Assembly (NCBI RefSeq): GCF_008065095.1
Contig: NZ_CP042911.1
Coordinates: forward strand, 7,860,001-7,892,000
Length of the DNA: 32,000 nt
Direction of reading: 5' to 3'
From: Gemmata obscuriglobus
GTDB lineage: Bacteria; Planctomycetota; Planctomycetia; Gemmatales; Gemmataceae
In this document: positions 1 through 9,281 of the stretch, piece after piece
Position numbering within the stretch: the stretch's first letter is position 1
Layout of the letters: each line of letters starts with the position of its first letter
Notes under the pieces: generated by a model
The model's input: only the letters and a program-made list of their open reading frames with translations
The model's database searches: none
What the model was told of the DNA's origin: nothing
Translations under genes and position numbers: made by a program

Positions 1-3000
1 CGCCCATTTGAGCGCCAGCCCGAACAGCGGCAGCGCGACCAGGAACGCCAGATCGAGCGCCGGGACCACCACGAACATCAGCGTTTCCAGCGACACGTGC
101 GGCTGCGCCGCCTCGAGCGCCGCGAACCACGTCACCACCAGCAGGAGCGGCGCCACCGGGAGGGCGAACCGCAGCAGCTCCCAGAACACGCGGTTCACGT
201 ACCGGACGCGCGACGGCCGGTGCGTCAGCCCGGCGTCGGCCTCGACGATCTCGCGCCGGGGCAGCTCGAACGGCGGCACCCCGAACCACGACGTGCCTGT
301 GGTCATGACGCGATCGTCGGCGACCGTACACACGCCGAGCAGCACGCCGTCCGGAACGTGCTGCCCGGCCGGTACGACCGCGTAGTTCCCGAGGAACACG
401 CCGGACCCGAGCGTCGTGCGCGCGAGCGTCACGGTCCCGCGGTGGACGTGCGGGGCGCCGAGGTAGATGCCGTCGGCGAAGAAGGTGCCCGGCCCGAGTT
501 CCACCAACTCCGGCACGGTATCGAAGATCGTGCTGACCTCGGTGTCGCGCCCGATCTTCATGCCCGCGCCGCGGAGCCACGCGCGCCACAGGAGCGTGCC
601 GTTGAGCCAGTCGTTCGCCCAGTCGAGGGTGTCGCGCTTGAGCAGCACGCGGGCGTAGGTGACGCCCCACCGGCTCACCACGCCCTCCGGGATCGCGCCC
701 ATCGCGCGCATCGAGACGCAGCGCGACACCAGCAGCACCGGGACGGACAGCACCGACAGAGCGACGCCGACGAGCAGTTCATCGGGTCCGAGGGTGGGGT
801 GGAGGAACCACCCGGTCGCGGCGGAGGTGTCGATCCCGGCGGCCCACGAGTACAGCACGGCGGCCAGGGCCAGCGGGAGCAACGTGAACGCGGCCAGCGC
901 GAGCTTCGCGCCACACAGCAGCAACCCGTGGGCGACCGGCGGCAGCCCCCGCGCCCCGGCCGGGAGCGGCGGCGCGGCGGGCGCGCGCCCGGCCGGAGCC
1001 GCCGGAACGCCCGACCACGTTTCGCCCGCCGGCACCGCGGCGCCGGGCACCAGGTACGCTTGTGCCGTCAGGTAGGCGTTTTCGCCGAGGCGCGTGTCGG
1101 GAGCCATACCCGACCGAATGTCCAGCGTCGCGCCGCTCCCGATCGCGACCGGGCCGACCACGATCTGCCCGTCTTCGAGGTCGACCAGCCGGAGCGTGGC
1201 GTCGCGGGCGATGCTCACGTTATCGCCGATCTCGAGCAGGTCCCAGCCGCCGTGAACGAGCGCCACGCCCTTGTGGATGTGAACCCCGCGGCCGACCTTC
1301 GCGCCGAGCAGCCGCAGCACGGCGCCGGTGAACACGGTGCCGTCGAGGAAGCTCCACGGGATCAGCCGCGCGGTCTGCTGGACGATCCAGTTGCGGACGT
1401 AGAAGCTGCCCCAGATCGGCGCGCGGGTCGGCCGGTAGCGGCCGATCAGCAGCCACTTCACGACCGCCGCGAAGAGCACCGAACCGACCGCGTACAGCGC
1501 GACCCCGGCCGCGTACAGCAGCGGGGCGGTGAGCAGAAACGGCGTCAGCCCGAGCCGCTCCGTCGCGTCGGGGACGATGTGGAACGCGAGCAGGTACACC
1601 AGCGGCCCGACCGTGAACACGCCGAGCAGCAGCCACAAGGTTTGGACCACGGTGGCGAACAGCGGGTGCGCACGAGGCGCGGGCGCGGCAGGCGCAGGTG
1701 CTTCGTGCGCCGGAGGCGGGGCCTGCCGGGCGCGCCGGGCCAGCCCTTCGACCGTCCGCGCCTCGTACAGGTCGCGCACCGCCAGCCCGGCGGTCAGCGG
1801 ATCGTCGCGGAGGGCGGAAACCAGCATCGCGGCGCGGAGCGAATCGCCGCCGAGGTCGTGGAAGAAGTCGTGATCGACCGACACACGCTCGGTCAGTCCC
1901 AACACCTGCCGGGCGGCGTCGGCGATGAGCCGCTCGGTCGGGTCGCGCGGCTCCACCACACGCTCGTGCGCTTCGGGAACGTGGGCCGCGAGTTCGGGCA
2001 GCGCCCGACGGTTCAGCTTCCCGCTCACCGACACCGGCAGCGCCGACAGCAGCCCAAAGTGGGCCGGAACCATGTACCCCGGGAGCTGCGCGCGGAGCGC
2101 CTCCTTGAGTGCGTCGAAGGGCGGCACGTTCGTGGAGTCGGCGGGTACGATGAACGCCGCGATCTGCTGCTGCGGCCCCTCGCCCTGCACGCGGCACGCG
2201 GCCGCGCGCACGCCGGGGCACGCGGCGAGGCGCGACTCGATCGCCTCCAGCTCGATCCGGTACCCGCGCACCTTCACCTGCGAGTCGATGCGGCCGTGGC
2301 AGACGTAGGTGCCATCGGCCGTTCGGTGGGCAAGGTCGCCGGTGCGGTAGATCCGACCGAGCCGCGCGTGAACTGGAAACTTGCGGGCGGTCAGCTCGGG
2401 GTCGTTCAGGTATCCCCGTGCGAGCCCGGCCCCGCCGAGGCACAGCTCGCCGGTTTCGCCGTCGGGCACCTCTTCGAGTTGCTCGTTCAGTACCCAGGCG
2501 CGAATCCCGGGGACGGGCGTCCCGATGTGAATGTTGTCGCCGGCGCCGACCGCCCCGCGCAGCGCCACCACGGCGCACTCGGTGGGGCCGTAGTCGTTCA
2601 CCAGCAGGCGCCCGGGCGCCCACCGGTCGGCGATGTCCTGCGGCAGCGGTTCGCCGCCGACGTGGATGCGAGCCAGCTCCGGCAGATCACGGCCCGGGTG
2701 CTCGCAGCCCGTTGCCCGGAGGAGCGTGGGGGGCGGGCAGAACACGGTTACGCCCTCGTCCCGCAGCCACGGAACGAGGTCCGGCCCGAGCCGGGCCGCG
2801 TCGTCGTCCATGACCACGAGCGTGGCCCCGGCCGCCAGCGCCATCCAGACCTCTTCCACCGACGAGTCGTAGGCGCACGAGGAGCTTTGGGCGACCCGGT
2901 CGCCGGGCGCGGCCGGGAAGGTGGCCAGGTCGCCGCGCACCAGGTTCGCGATGGCCCGGTGCTCGACCATCACGCCCTTCGGCCGACCGGTGGTGCCGGA

Positions 3001-3486
3001 CGTGTAGATCAGGTACGCCAGGCTCTCGGTAGTGAGCCAGGGGGCCGGCGCGAGTGGCGTGTGGGGGCCGAAGTGTTCGGCCGCGGTCGCGTCCAGCGCG
3101 CACGCCGGGGTGAGCCGACGCACGCGGGCCAGTCCCGGGCCGTCCGTTAGCACGGCGGCCGGGCGGGCGTCACCGAGGATGATGCCGAGTTGGGCGTCCG
3201 GGAACGCAGGATCGAGGCACACATACGCCGCCCCGGCCTTGAGCACGGCGAGCTGCGCGAGGTACACGTGTTCTGAGTTCCGCGGCAGCGCGACCGCGAC
3301 CACACACTCGCCAGCTACGAACTCGCGCAGCCGCGCGGCGAGGGCGTCGGAGCGGCGGTCGAGTTCGGCGTAGGTGACCGTGCGGCGTGCCGAACGGGCG
3401 GGGCACGGCGGGGCGTCAATGGCGACGTTCCCGGGCCACAACCGGGCCGCCCGGGTAAAGAAGTCGTTGAGCAGTCGCGGATTCAC
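1..3486 (-). CDS. Non-ribosomal peptide synthetase, single A-PCP module followed by tandem membrane-embedded C-terminal domains (Pls/PosA-like architecture); C-terminus lies beyond the left edge
   Basis: Absent from the ORF track because it has no stop inside the window. Found by hand-translating the minus frame whose codon first bases fall on coordinates divisible by 3. N-terminus is VNPRLLNDFFTRAARLWPGNVAID..TYAELDRRSDALAARL. AMP-binding core LAYLIYTSGTTGRPKGV lies at 2971-3021. Thiolation motif DFFHDLGGDSLRAAM has its Ser codon at 1840-1842. Hydrophobic helices follow (LWLLLGVFTVGPLVYLLAF). Two copies of a beta-helix-like module (VLRLLGAKVGRGVHIH..LVHGGWDLLEIGDNV and AWLRGAGMKIGRDTEV) are separated by more TM segments, and the frame is still open at base 1. 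GTG 3486 is preceded by GGGAG; an alternative GTG lies at 3537. Confidence 0.85.
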   Translation of the reverse strand, partial: MNPRLLNDFFTRAARLWPGNVAIDAPPCPARSARRTVTYAELDRRSDALAARLREFVAGECVVAVALPRNSEHVYLAQLAVLKAGAAYVCLDPAFPDAQLGIILGDARPAAVLTDGPGLARVRRLTPACALDATAAEHFGPHTPLAPAPWLTTESLAYLIYTSGTTGRPKGVMVEHRAIANLVRGDLATFPAAPGDRVAQSSSCAYDSSVEEVWMALAAGATLVVMDDDAARLGPDLVPWLRDEGVTVFCPPPTLLRATGCEHPGRDLPELARIHVGGEPLPQDIADRWAPGRLLVNDYGPTECAVVALRGAVGAGDNIHIGTPVPGIRAWVLNEQLEEVPDGETGELCLGGAGLARGYLNDPELTARKFPVHARLGRIYRTGDLAHRTADGTYVCHGRIDSQVKVRGYRIELEAIESRLAACPGVRAAACRVQGEGPQQQIAAFIVPADSTNVPPFDALKEALRAQLPGYMVPAHFGLLSALPVSVSGKLNRRALPELAAHVPEAHERVVEPRDPTERLIADAARQVLGLTERVSVDHDFFHDLGGDSLRAAMLVSALRDDPLTAGLAVRDLYEARTVEGLARRARQAPPPAHEAPAPAAPAPRAHPLFATVVQTLWLLLGVFTVGPLVYLLAFHIVPDATERLGLTPFLLTAPLLYAAGVALYAVGSVLFAAVVKWLLIGRYRPTRAPIWGSFYVRNWIVQQTARLIPWSFLDGTVFTGAVLRLLGAKVGRGVHIHKGVALVHGGWDLLEIGDNVSIARDATLRLVDLEDGQIVVGPVAIGSGATLDIRSGMAPDTRLGENAYLTAQAYLVPGAAVPAGETWSGVPAAPAGRAPAAPPLPAGARGLPPVAHGLLLCGAKLALAAFTLLPLALAAVLYSWAAGIDTSAATGWFLHPTLGPDELLVGVALSVLSVPVLLVSRCVSMRAMGAIPEGVVSRWGVTYARVLLKRDTLDWANDWLNGTLLWRAWLRGAGMKIGRDTEVSTIFDTVPELVELGPGTFFADGIYLGAPHVHRGTVTLARTTLGSGVFLGNYAVVPAGQHVPDGVLLGVCTVADDRVMTTGTSWFGVPPFELPRREIVEADAGLTHRPSRVRYVNRVFWELLRFALPVAPLLLVVTWFAALEAAQPHVSLETLMFVVVPALDLAFLVALPLFGLALKWA

Positions 3487-3782
3487 TCCGCTCCCGGCCG
3501 AGGGGCACGGATCGGTGAGAGAATGAGGAGAAATCACGGTGCTCGGCGTCTCGTCGGTGTTCGCTCGCCCGGTCGCGTCGGCCTGTGCCCGGCGGCCGCG
3601 CAACCTGCGCACCGAGGGAAAATGCCCGGGTTCCAACCCGGCGAGCCGGCAAAACGGTTACATCTGTTCCAATTCTTAACACACTCTACGCCGCGGGGTT
3701 TCTTTTCGCCACGAACCGACCGACCCATTAGTTCGTCGTTACGATCGAAATAATTGCCAAGCTCAAGCCGGTGTAAACCACG

Positions 3783-4466
3783 ATGCTCATCAATCGCCTC
3801 CACGACTGGCCCGCGAGCGAAGCCGAAGCGGTCGCGATCCAGCACGCGCTCCGCGAGCGCGTGGACGTTTCCGCGCCGCCCCCGGGTACGATCAGCTTGA
3901 TCGCGGGATGCGACATCGCGTACCACCTGACCGAGCCGCGGCTGTTCGCGGCGGTCGTTATCTTGAAGATGAACGATCTGTCGGTGGTCGAAGAGCTTAC
4001 GGTGTCGCGGGAAGTGACTTTCCCGTATGTTCCGGGCCTGCTGTCGTTCCGTGAGGTGCCGGCCCTGCTGGAACTGTTCGGCAATTTGCGCCACACCCCG
4101 GATGCAGTTATGCTCGACGGACAGGGGATCGCGCACCCGCGCCGGTTCGGGCTGGCCTGCCACCTCGGATTGTGGCTAGACTTGCCGTGCGTGGGGTGCG
4201 CGAAGAGCTGGCTGGTGGGCGATTACGCCGAGCCGGGCCGCACCGCTGGCGAGGCCTCGCCGCTGTCCGTTGACGGGGCAGAAGTCGGTGCTGTCGTCCG
4301 CTCCGCGACCGGCGTGAAACCGGTGTTCGTGTCGCCGGGGCACCGGATTGATGTCGCGTCGGCCACCCAGTTGGTTCGAGCGACATTGAGCGGCTATCGG
4401 CACCCGGCTCCGACCCGCGCGGCGCACATCGCCGCGGGACGGCTGCGAACCGCTGCGGGAGTTTAG
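3783..4466 (+). CDS. nfi: Endonuclease V (deoxyinosine 3' endonuclease)
   Basis: 227-aa ORF with the motifs FPYVPGLLSFREVPALL, MLDGQGIAHPRRFGLACHLG and VGCAKS, characteristic of the endonuclease V family. Amino-acid composition is normal. Confidence 0.93.
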   Translation: MLINRLHDWPASEAEAVAIQHALRERVDVSAPPPGTISLIAGCDIAYHLTEPRLFAAVVILKMNDLSVVEELTVSREVTFPYVPGLLSFREVPALLELFGNLRHTPDAVMLDGQGIAHPRRFGLACHLGLWLDLPCVGCAKSWLVGDYAEPGRTAGEASPLSVDGAEVGAVVRSATGVKPVFVSPGHRIDVASATQLVRATLSGYRHPAPTRAAHIAAGRLRTAAGV

Positions 4467-5029
4467 CGTTCGGGCCTGGTGTTTCGGATCGCGTGTCCGG
4501 TTTTGGGCCTGTTGACCCGTGCATTGATGCAACCGCCATGCGACCGATACGGATCACCGCCTCCTGAACGCGGCCCCCGGCGGGAGCTTGAGTTGATTCC
4601 GGCAAAGTGAACAGCGAACGGGGGCCGGGGCGACCGCGTGAGCCCCCCGCTGAGCACCACCCGAGTAACGAGCGCGCGACGACTCCTGAGGGCCAAAGGC
4701 GAGCAACCCAGTGCGCATTTTCCTGCGAGCGGTTGCGCGCGAACGACGATACACCTGCGTAGAATGGGACGCGGCTCACTGAACAGGTGAACCGTGTCCC
4801 GGTGGGCGGCGGATTCCGCTCTACGCAGGACCGAAACTGACGACCGCGGGGCCAGGATTCGGGCCCGCGACCGCCGGTTTGGACTGGACGTTCGGGGGCT
4901 CCGGCACCCGAGTTGCGCCGGTCCGGGAGAGGGTGAACCGCGTGCGTGAGGTGCCGCCCCGTCGGCGCCTGCGCACACCGACCGACTGCCGCACGGGTCC
5001 ACCCGCGCCGGCAGGGAGACGTTATTCCC

Positions 5030-5311
5030 ATGCGTGAGACTTCACCACGTGGCTGGCACCGCTGGCGCGTCGCCGTCGTTCAATCCGCCCCCGCGGCCCC
5101 GGCATTAGACCGGTTTACGCGGCGTAGCGGTTCGCCCGTGGCAGAACCGGCCCCAATAGTGCTGGCCGCGGAGGCGAAGAACTTGGACGGTATTCGGCAC
5201 GATTTGGTGGCCCGCGTTCGGCAACAGATTGCCGACGGCACCTACGACACAGAAGAAAAGTGGCTGCTGGCAGAGGAGGCGCTGTTGCGCCGGGCGGAAG
5301 GCCGGATCTGA
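5030..5311 (+). CDS. FlgM-like anti-sigma-28 factor family protein (tentative)
   Basis: The C-terminal segment IRHDLVARVRQQIADGTYDTEEKWLLAEEALLRR resembles the FlgM domain consensus (..kV..ik.aI..GtY.vd.eklA..ll). ATG 5030 is preceded by GGGAGA about 12 nt upstream. The track ORF opens at 4946, but that extension is Arg-rich. A hairpin terminator follows the gene. Confidence 0.45.
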   Translation: MRETSPRGWHRWRVAVVQSAPAAPALDRFTRRSGSPVAEPAPIVLAAEAKNLDGIRHDLVARVRQQIADGTYDTEEKWLLAEEALLRRAEGRI

Positions 5312-5335
5312 CCCCCGCCCTCGGTTCCGCTCCCG

Positions 5336-5362
5336 AAAGCCGACCCAGCGTGGGTCGGCTTT
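5336..5362 (+). terminator. Hairpin terminator candidate after the FlgM-like gene
   Basis: Perfect 12-bp stem AAAGCCGACCCA / TGGGTCGGCTTT with a 3-nt loop GCG, 25 nt after the stop. The downstream T tract is weak (TTTCTCGTCGTCTTC). Confidence 0.5.
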
Positions 5363-5452
5363 CTCGTCGTCTTCACGCAAGTTCTGATCGAATCGCACTA
5401 CAATTGGTGTCAGTATTGCTCGCGCCCGTTCGAGTTAGGGAGAGCGCACCTC

Positions 5453-5938
5453 GTGTCACTGCCAGCCATCGCGGTCTCTCAAACCCCGGAAGACAAGTTC
5501 CGGGAGTACCTCGCCAGCCGCCCCAAGCCGCAGCGGTTTACTGACCAGCAGCGGGAGTTGCTGGCGCACGTGTTCGCGCGGCACTCCCACTTCGACGCCG
5601 AGCAACTGATCGACAATCTGAAGACCGCGGGCAAGCGGGTGAGCCGAGCCACCGTCTACCGCACCCTGTCGAAGCTGGTGGACGCAGGGCTGTTGCGCCG
5701 GATCGAGTTAGGCGCTCGCACCGTGTTCGATCACGATTACGGCTACCCTGCCCACGATCACCTCGTGTGCGAGACGTGCCACTCGATGACCGAGTTCCAG
5801 AGCGCGGAACTGGAAGCGATTCTGGAGAAGGTTGCTCAGGAGCACCTATTCCGGGCGGAAGGGCACACGCTGGTGATCCGCGGCATCTGTACCGCGTGTA
5901 ACGCGGCGCGGTCCGCCAAGCCCCGACTCGTGATGTAG
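5453..5938 (+). CDS. Fur-family metalloregulator (Fur/Zur/PerR type not resolved)
   Basis: 161 aa. Winged-helix segment RVSRATVYRTLSKLVDAGLLRRIE. Metal-site residues HDHLVCETCHSMTEF and a CxxC (ICTACN) at the C-terminus. GTG start is preceded by AGGGAGAG. Confidence 0.88.
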   Translation: MSLPAIAVSQTPEDKFREYLASRPKPQRFTDQQRELLAHVFARHSHFDAEQLIDNLKTAGKRVSRATVYRTLSKLVDAGLLRRIELGARTVFDHDYGYPAHDHLVCETCHSMTEFQSAELEAILEKVAQEHLFRAEGHTLVIRGICTACNAARSAKPRLVM

Positions 5939-5957
5939 CCGCCCCTGGCACGGCGAA

Positions 5958-6209
5958 TCAATCTTTGCCTTTCAAACGCAATAGCGACTCCTGCACGAGC
6001 CCTTTCGCGTCCGCAAGAACCTCGCGAAGTGGCGCGAGGTCCGGCGGGGGCGAGTGCCTCTGCCCCTGTTCGAGCCGGTAGTACACCAAGTGCTGGTTCA
6101 GCGCGGTGATCGCGTCCGTGAGCGAATCGAGCACCAGCGCTAGGTTCCCGGCGTCGTGTCCCATTTGGAACCGGTAATCGTCGAGCCGCGTGGTGTCGGA
6201 AGGGTTCAT
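5958..6209 (-). CDS. Small hypothetical protein (83 aa)
   Basis: Balanced, non-shadow composition (MNPSDTTRLDDYRFQMGHDAGNLALVLDSLTDAITALNQHL..). Lies 54 nt downstream of cysE on the same strand. No family recognised. Confidence 0.45.
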   Translation of the reverse strand: MNPSDTTRLDDYRFQMGHDAGNLALVLDSLTDAITALNQHLVYYRLEQGQRHSPPPDLAPLREVLADAKGLVQESLLRLKGKD

Positions 6210-6263
6210 TCGTGGGTGCTCATTGATCGGGGACCGGACGAGAGTGATTCTTCGCCGCTGCCA

Positions 6264-7211
6264 TCAAATCTCATAGGTGAGGGGCTCGTTCACCGGCTTC
6301 GCGCCCTTCAACCTCAGCTTAGGCTTCTCCAGCACCACAGTCGTGTCCGGCGGGACGCTCTCCGTGAGCCACACGTTCGATCCGACCACCGCGCGCGCGC
6401 CGATCACAGTCTGCCCGCCCAGGATTGTGGCGTTCGCGTACACGATGACGTTGTCTTCGAGCGTGGGGTGCCGCTTGTAGGTGCCGTGCAGCAGTCCGCC
6501 TTCTTCGTCCTTTGTGAAACTGAGCGCACCGAGCGTCACGCCCTGGTACAGTTTCACGTTCTGGCCGAGGTGGCACGTTTCACCGATGACGACGCCGGTA
6601 CCGTGATCGATGAAGAACCCAGACCCGATGGTCGCGCCCGGGTGGATGTCGATGCCGGTTTTCGCGTGGGCAAGCTCCGTCATCATCCGCGGTATGAACG
6701 GCACGCCGAGTCGATGCAACTCGTGCGCAACGCGGTAAATCGTAATGGCCTCGAGCCCGGGATAGCAGAAGATGATCTCGTGGTGACTCCGGGCCGCCGG
6801 GTCGCCGCGGTATGCCGCGTCCACGTCCTGTTCCAGGGTTTTGCGCACCGCGGGCAGCCGGCGGAGCAGTTCGACGGCCTTCGGCTGGGCCATCTTCTCG
6901 CAGTCCGCGTGTGGGCTCTCGTGGCACAGTTCGTGGCGCAGCGCGCGTGCGATCTGTGTGGTGAGCTTGTCATGCAGCGCGTCGACTAGGCTGCCAACGT
7001 AGTACGCGATGTTACCGATGTGGAGGTTCTGACGCTTTCCGTAACCGGGGTACAGCACCTCGAAGAGGTCTTCGGCGATGTTGGCCACCGCGTCGCGGTT
7101 CGGCAGTGGTTCGTGCGCGAGGTGGTTGAGCCGGCTGCACTCGGTGTACGTCTCGACGAGTTCGTCCGTGATGCTGGGCAGCTCTTCCTTGAGTCGAACG
7201 TCCGTGGCCAT
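6264..7211 (-). CDS. cysE: Serine O-acetyltransferase, long (EpsC-like) form
   Basis: 315 aa. Hexapeptide-repeat core [62 protein letters not shown], preceded by [37 protein letters not shown], as in serine acetyltransferases. Confidence 0.92.
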   Translation of the reverse strand: MATDVRLKEELPSITDELVETYTECSRLNHLAHEPLPNRDAVANIAEDLFEVLYPGYGKRQNLHIGNIAYYVGSLVDALHDKLTTQIARALRHELCHESPHADCEKMAQPKAVELLRRLPAVRKTLEQDVDAAYRGDPAARSHHEIIFCYPGLEAITIYRVAHELHRLGVPFIPRMMTELAHAKTGIDIHPGATIGSGFFIDHGTGVVIGETCHLGQNVKLYQGVTLGALSFTKDEEGGLLHGTYKRHPTLEDNVIVYANATILGGQTVIGARAVVGSNVWLTESVPPDTTVVLEKPKLRLKGAKPVNEPLTYEI

Positions 7212-7949
7212 GTGTGCTCCCGTTGAGCGTGTGAGAAGCGGCGCCGGGCGTCACACACGCTATTCCGATGTTACGGTCGGCAGCTACAGACCGTCAACGA
7301 CACGGAAAGTGGCCCAGAGGGGTCGAACGGCACGTGGATTACCACGAACTTTGTCGGAAGTGTCACAAGGCGCAGCAGTGGAGCATCTTCGCTGCCTGTG
7401 GCAATAGCAGCCATAAGAGGTAGGTGACCTCGAAGGGGGCCAAAATTCCATTAAAAACCGAGACACAAAGCAATATCCACAATCAACTTGCGACAAAAAT
7501 CCACGCACATGACGCATCCTTTCGCGACATTGGCACGCGTACTGCCATAGGTTTAGTAGCGAACCTGAAACTGAACAGCGAGTCGGGCAGAGGGGAGAGG
7601 CTGGCCGACCAACTGTTGAGGAAAGAAGGTTCTCGCTTAATACAACCGCTCGGGTATCTGGTCGAGGGGAGAGGCGACCAGTACCCGGGCGGTTCGTGTT
7701 TTTCTCGCTTCAACCAATTCGGGGCGGCGGATGTCGAGCGGCATTGCACATCGCTGACAATCGCAAGATAGCCTTACAGATCACAACAGTCACGTCCGCA
7801 CAGACAGGTATCAGCCACAGCCAGCACGTTTAAAACTACCGGATTCGGCATCGCCGGTGCCCCTGCTTCGCGCGTCGTCGCGTTTTCACTTCGGACTCTG
7901 TTTTGCTCCGTAGCATGACACCACGTTCCCTATCTGTGGAGTTCTCCTG

Positions 7950-9083
7950 ATGCTCAAACTGCGTTTGCTCTTGCCCGCCTTGGTGCTCACGGCAGCGACG
8001 GCACTGGTCCCTTCGTCCTCGCGCGCTCAGCCGAAAGATGACACACTGAAGGCGACCGTCGAGAAGGCCGCCGCGTACCTCAAGAAGTCGCAGAACGAGA
8101 ACGGGAGTTGGTCCGCCGAGCCGCAGAACCGCGGCGTCACCGGGATCGTGGTGACGGGGCTGATCCGCACCGGCACCGGGGCGGATGAGGAACCCGTCGC
8201 GAAGGGCATCAAGTTCATTGAGGGCCTCGTGAACGAGAAGGCCGGGCACATCGCCGGGAACGACTCGAAGGCCGGGCTCATCAACTACACCACCAGCATC
8301 AATATCCAGGCGCTCAGCGCCGCCAATAAGGCCGACAAGTACAAGGGCGTGATCGGCAACGCGGCCAAGTACCTCAAAGAGTACCAGTGGGACGAGAACC
8401 GCGGGAAGAAGGACGACAGCGACTACTACGGCGGCGCCGGGTACGCCGGCGACAAGTCCCGCCCCGACCTGTCCAACACCGCGTTCTTCCTCGAAGCCCT
8501 CAAGACCGCCGGCGTGCCGAAGGACGACCCCGCGTTTAAGAAGGCGCTGGTGTTTGTAAGCAAGTGCCAGAACCTGGAGAGCGAGTTCAACAAGGCGCCG
8601 TGGGCCGCGAAGGCCAACGACGGGAGTTTCATCTACACCGGCGCCAACGGCGGCGAGAACCGCCGCAGCGACGACACGAAGGGCGACACCGGCGGCTACG
8701 GCAGCATGACCTACGCGGGCGTAAAGAGCATGATCTACTGCGGGCTGTCGAAGGACGACAAACGGGTACAGAAAGCGCTGGAGTGGATCGGCAAGAACTA
8801 CACCCTCGACAGCAACCCCGGCATGCCCGAGGAGAACAGCCAGCGCGGGCTGTACTATTACTACCACACCTTCGCCAAAACGATGGACGCGTTGGGGGTC
8901 GACGAGTTCACCGACACAAAGGGCGTAAAGCACGACTGGCGCGCCGACCTGCTCGCCGCCATCACGAAGCGCCAGGAGGTCGACGGCAGCTTCGTGAACA
9001 AGAACGATCGCTGGATGGAAGGCGACAAGAACCTCGTCACGGGCTACGCCCTGATGGCGCTGAGCTACTGCAAGAAGAAATAA
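7950..9083 (+). CDS. Secreted prenyltransferase/squalene-oxidase-repeat (terpenoid cyclase-fold) protein
   Basis: 377 aa. Signal peptide MLKLRLLLPALVLTAATALVPSSSRAQ. Repeated alpha-alpha toroid-like segments (AAAYLKKSQNENGSWS, ALEWIGKNYT, KRQEVDGSFVN). GGAG lies 10 nt before the ATG. The family call is from memory of similar planctomycete proteins. Confidence 0.75.
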   Translation: MLKLRLLLPALVLTAATALVPSSSRAQPKDDTLKATVEKAAAYLKKSQNENGSWSAEPQNRGVTGIVVTGLIRTGTGADEEPVAKGIKFIEGLVNEKAGHIAGNDSKAGLINYTTSINIQALSAANKADKYKGVIGNAAKYLKEYQWDENRGKKDDSDYYGGAGYAGDKSRPDLSNTAFFLEALKTAGVPKDDPAFKKALVFVSKCQNLESEFNKAPWAAKANDGSFIYTGANGGENRRSDDTKGDTGGYGSMTYAGVKSMIYCGLSKDDKRVQKALEWIGKNYTLDSNPGMPEENSQRGLYYYYHTFAKTMDALGVDEFTDTKGVKHDWRADLLAAITKRQEVDGSFVNKNDRWMEGDKNLVTGYALMALSYCKKK

Positions 9084-9281
9084 CCGCCCTGAAGGAGGTA
9101 TGCCGATCATGCCCCCCGCACCGTGGCGACATTAGAACGGTTGGAAGCGGCCGACTGGTTCGCTGCGGTCGGGGTTCGTGACTCGGCCGTCGTCCTCTCG
9201 TCCTGGGAACGGAGGCGGGTGAGGGACAAATCCCCTCCCCCGCCCGCCACAGTATCGGCTGCGGCTACTGGCTTCGGCGCG

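Noticed and set aside
97-3150. 1017-aa plus-strand ORF, the longest entry in this part of the ORF track
   Set aside because: Extremely Arg/Gly/Pro/His-rich with no motifs. The opposite strand carries unmistakable NRPS motifs (YTSGTTGRPKG, GGDSL) in one continuous frame, so this is an antisense shadow ORF of high-GC DNA.
4540-5000. Possible RNase P RNA, tmRNA or cobalamin riboswitch, prompted by GGGTGAA and GGATTCG strings
   Set aside because: The flanking conserved elements are absent on both strands: GAGGAAAGUCCGG, GGUGCGGUAAGAGCGCACC, the tRNA-like 3' end with a TTCGA T-loop, and the B12 box. The resemblance is limited to short strings.
9213-9246. GC hairpin (GGCGGGTGAGGG..CCCCTCCCCCGCC) between the convergent prenyltransferase-repeat and DUF1552 genes as a bidirectional terminator
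   Set aside because: The stem is imperfect and neither strand has a following T tract, so support is too weak to list as a feature.
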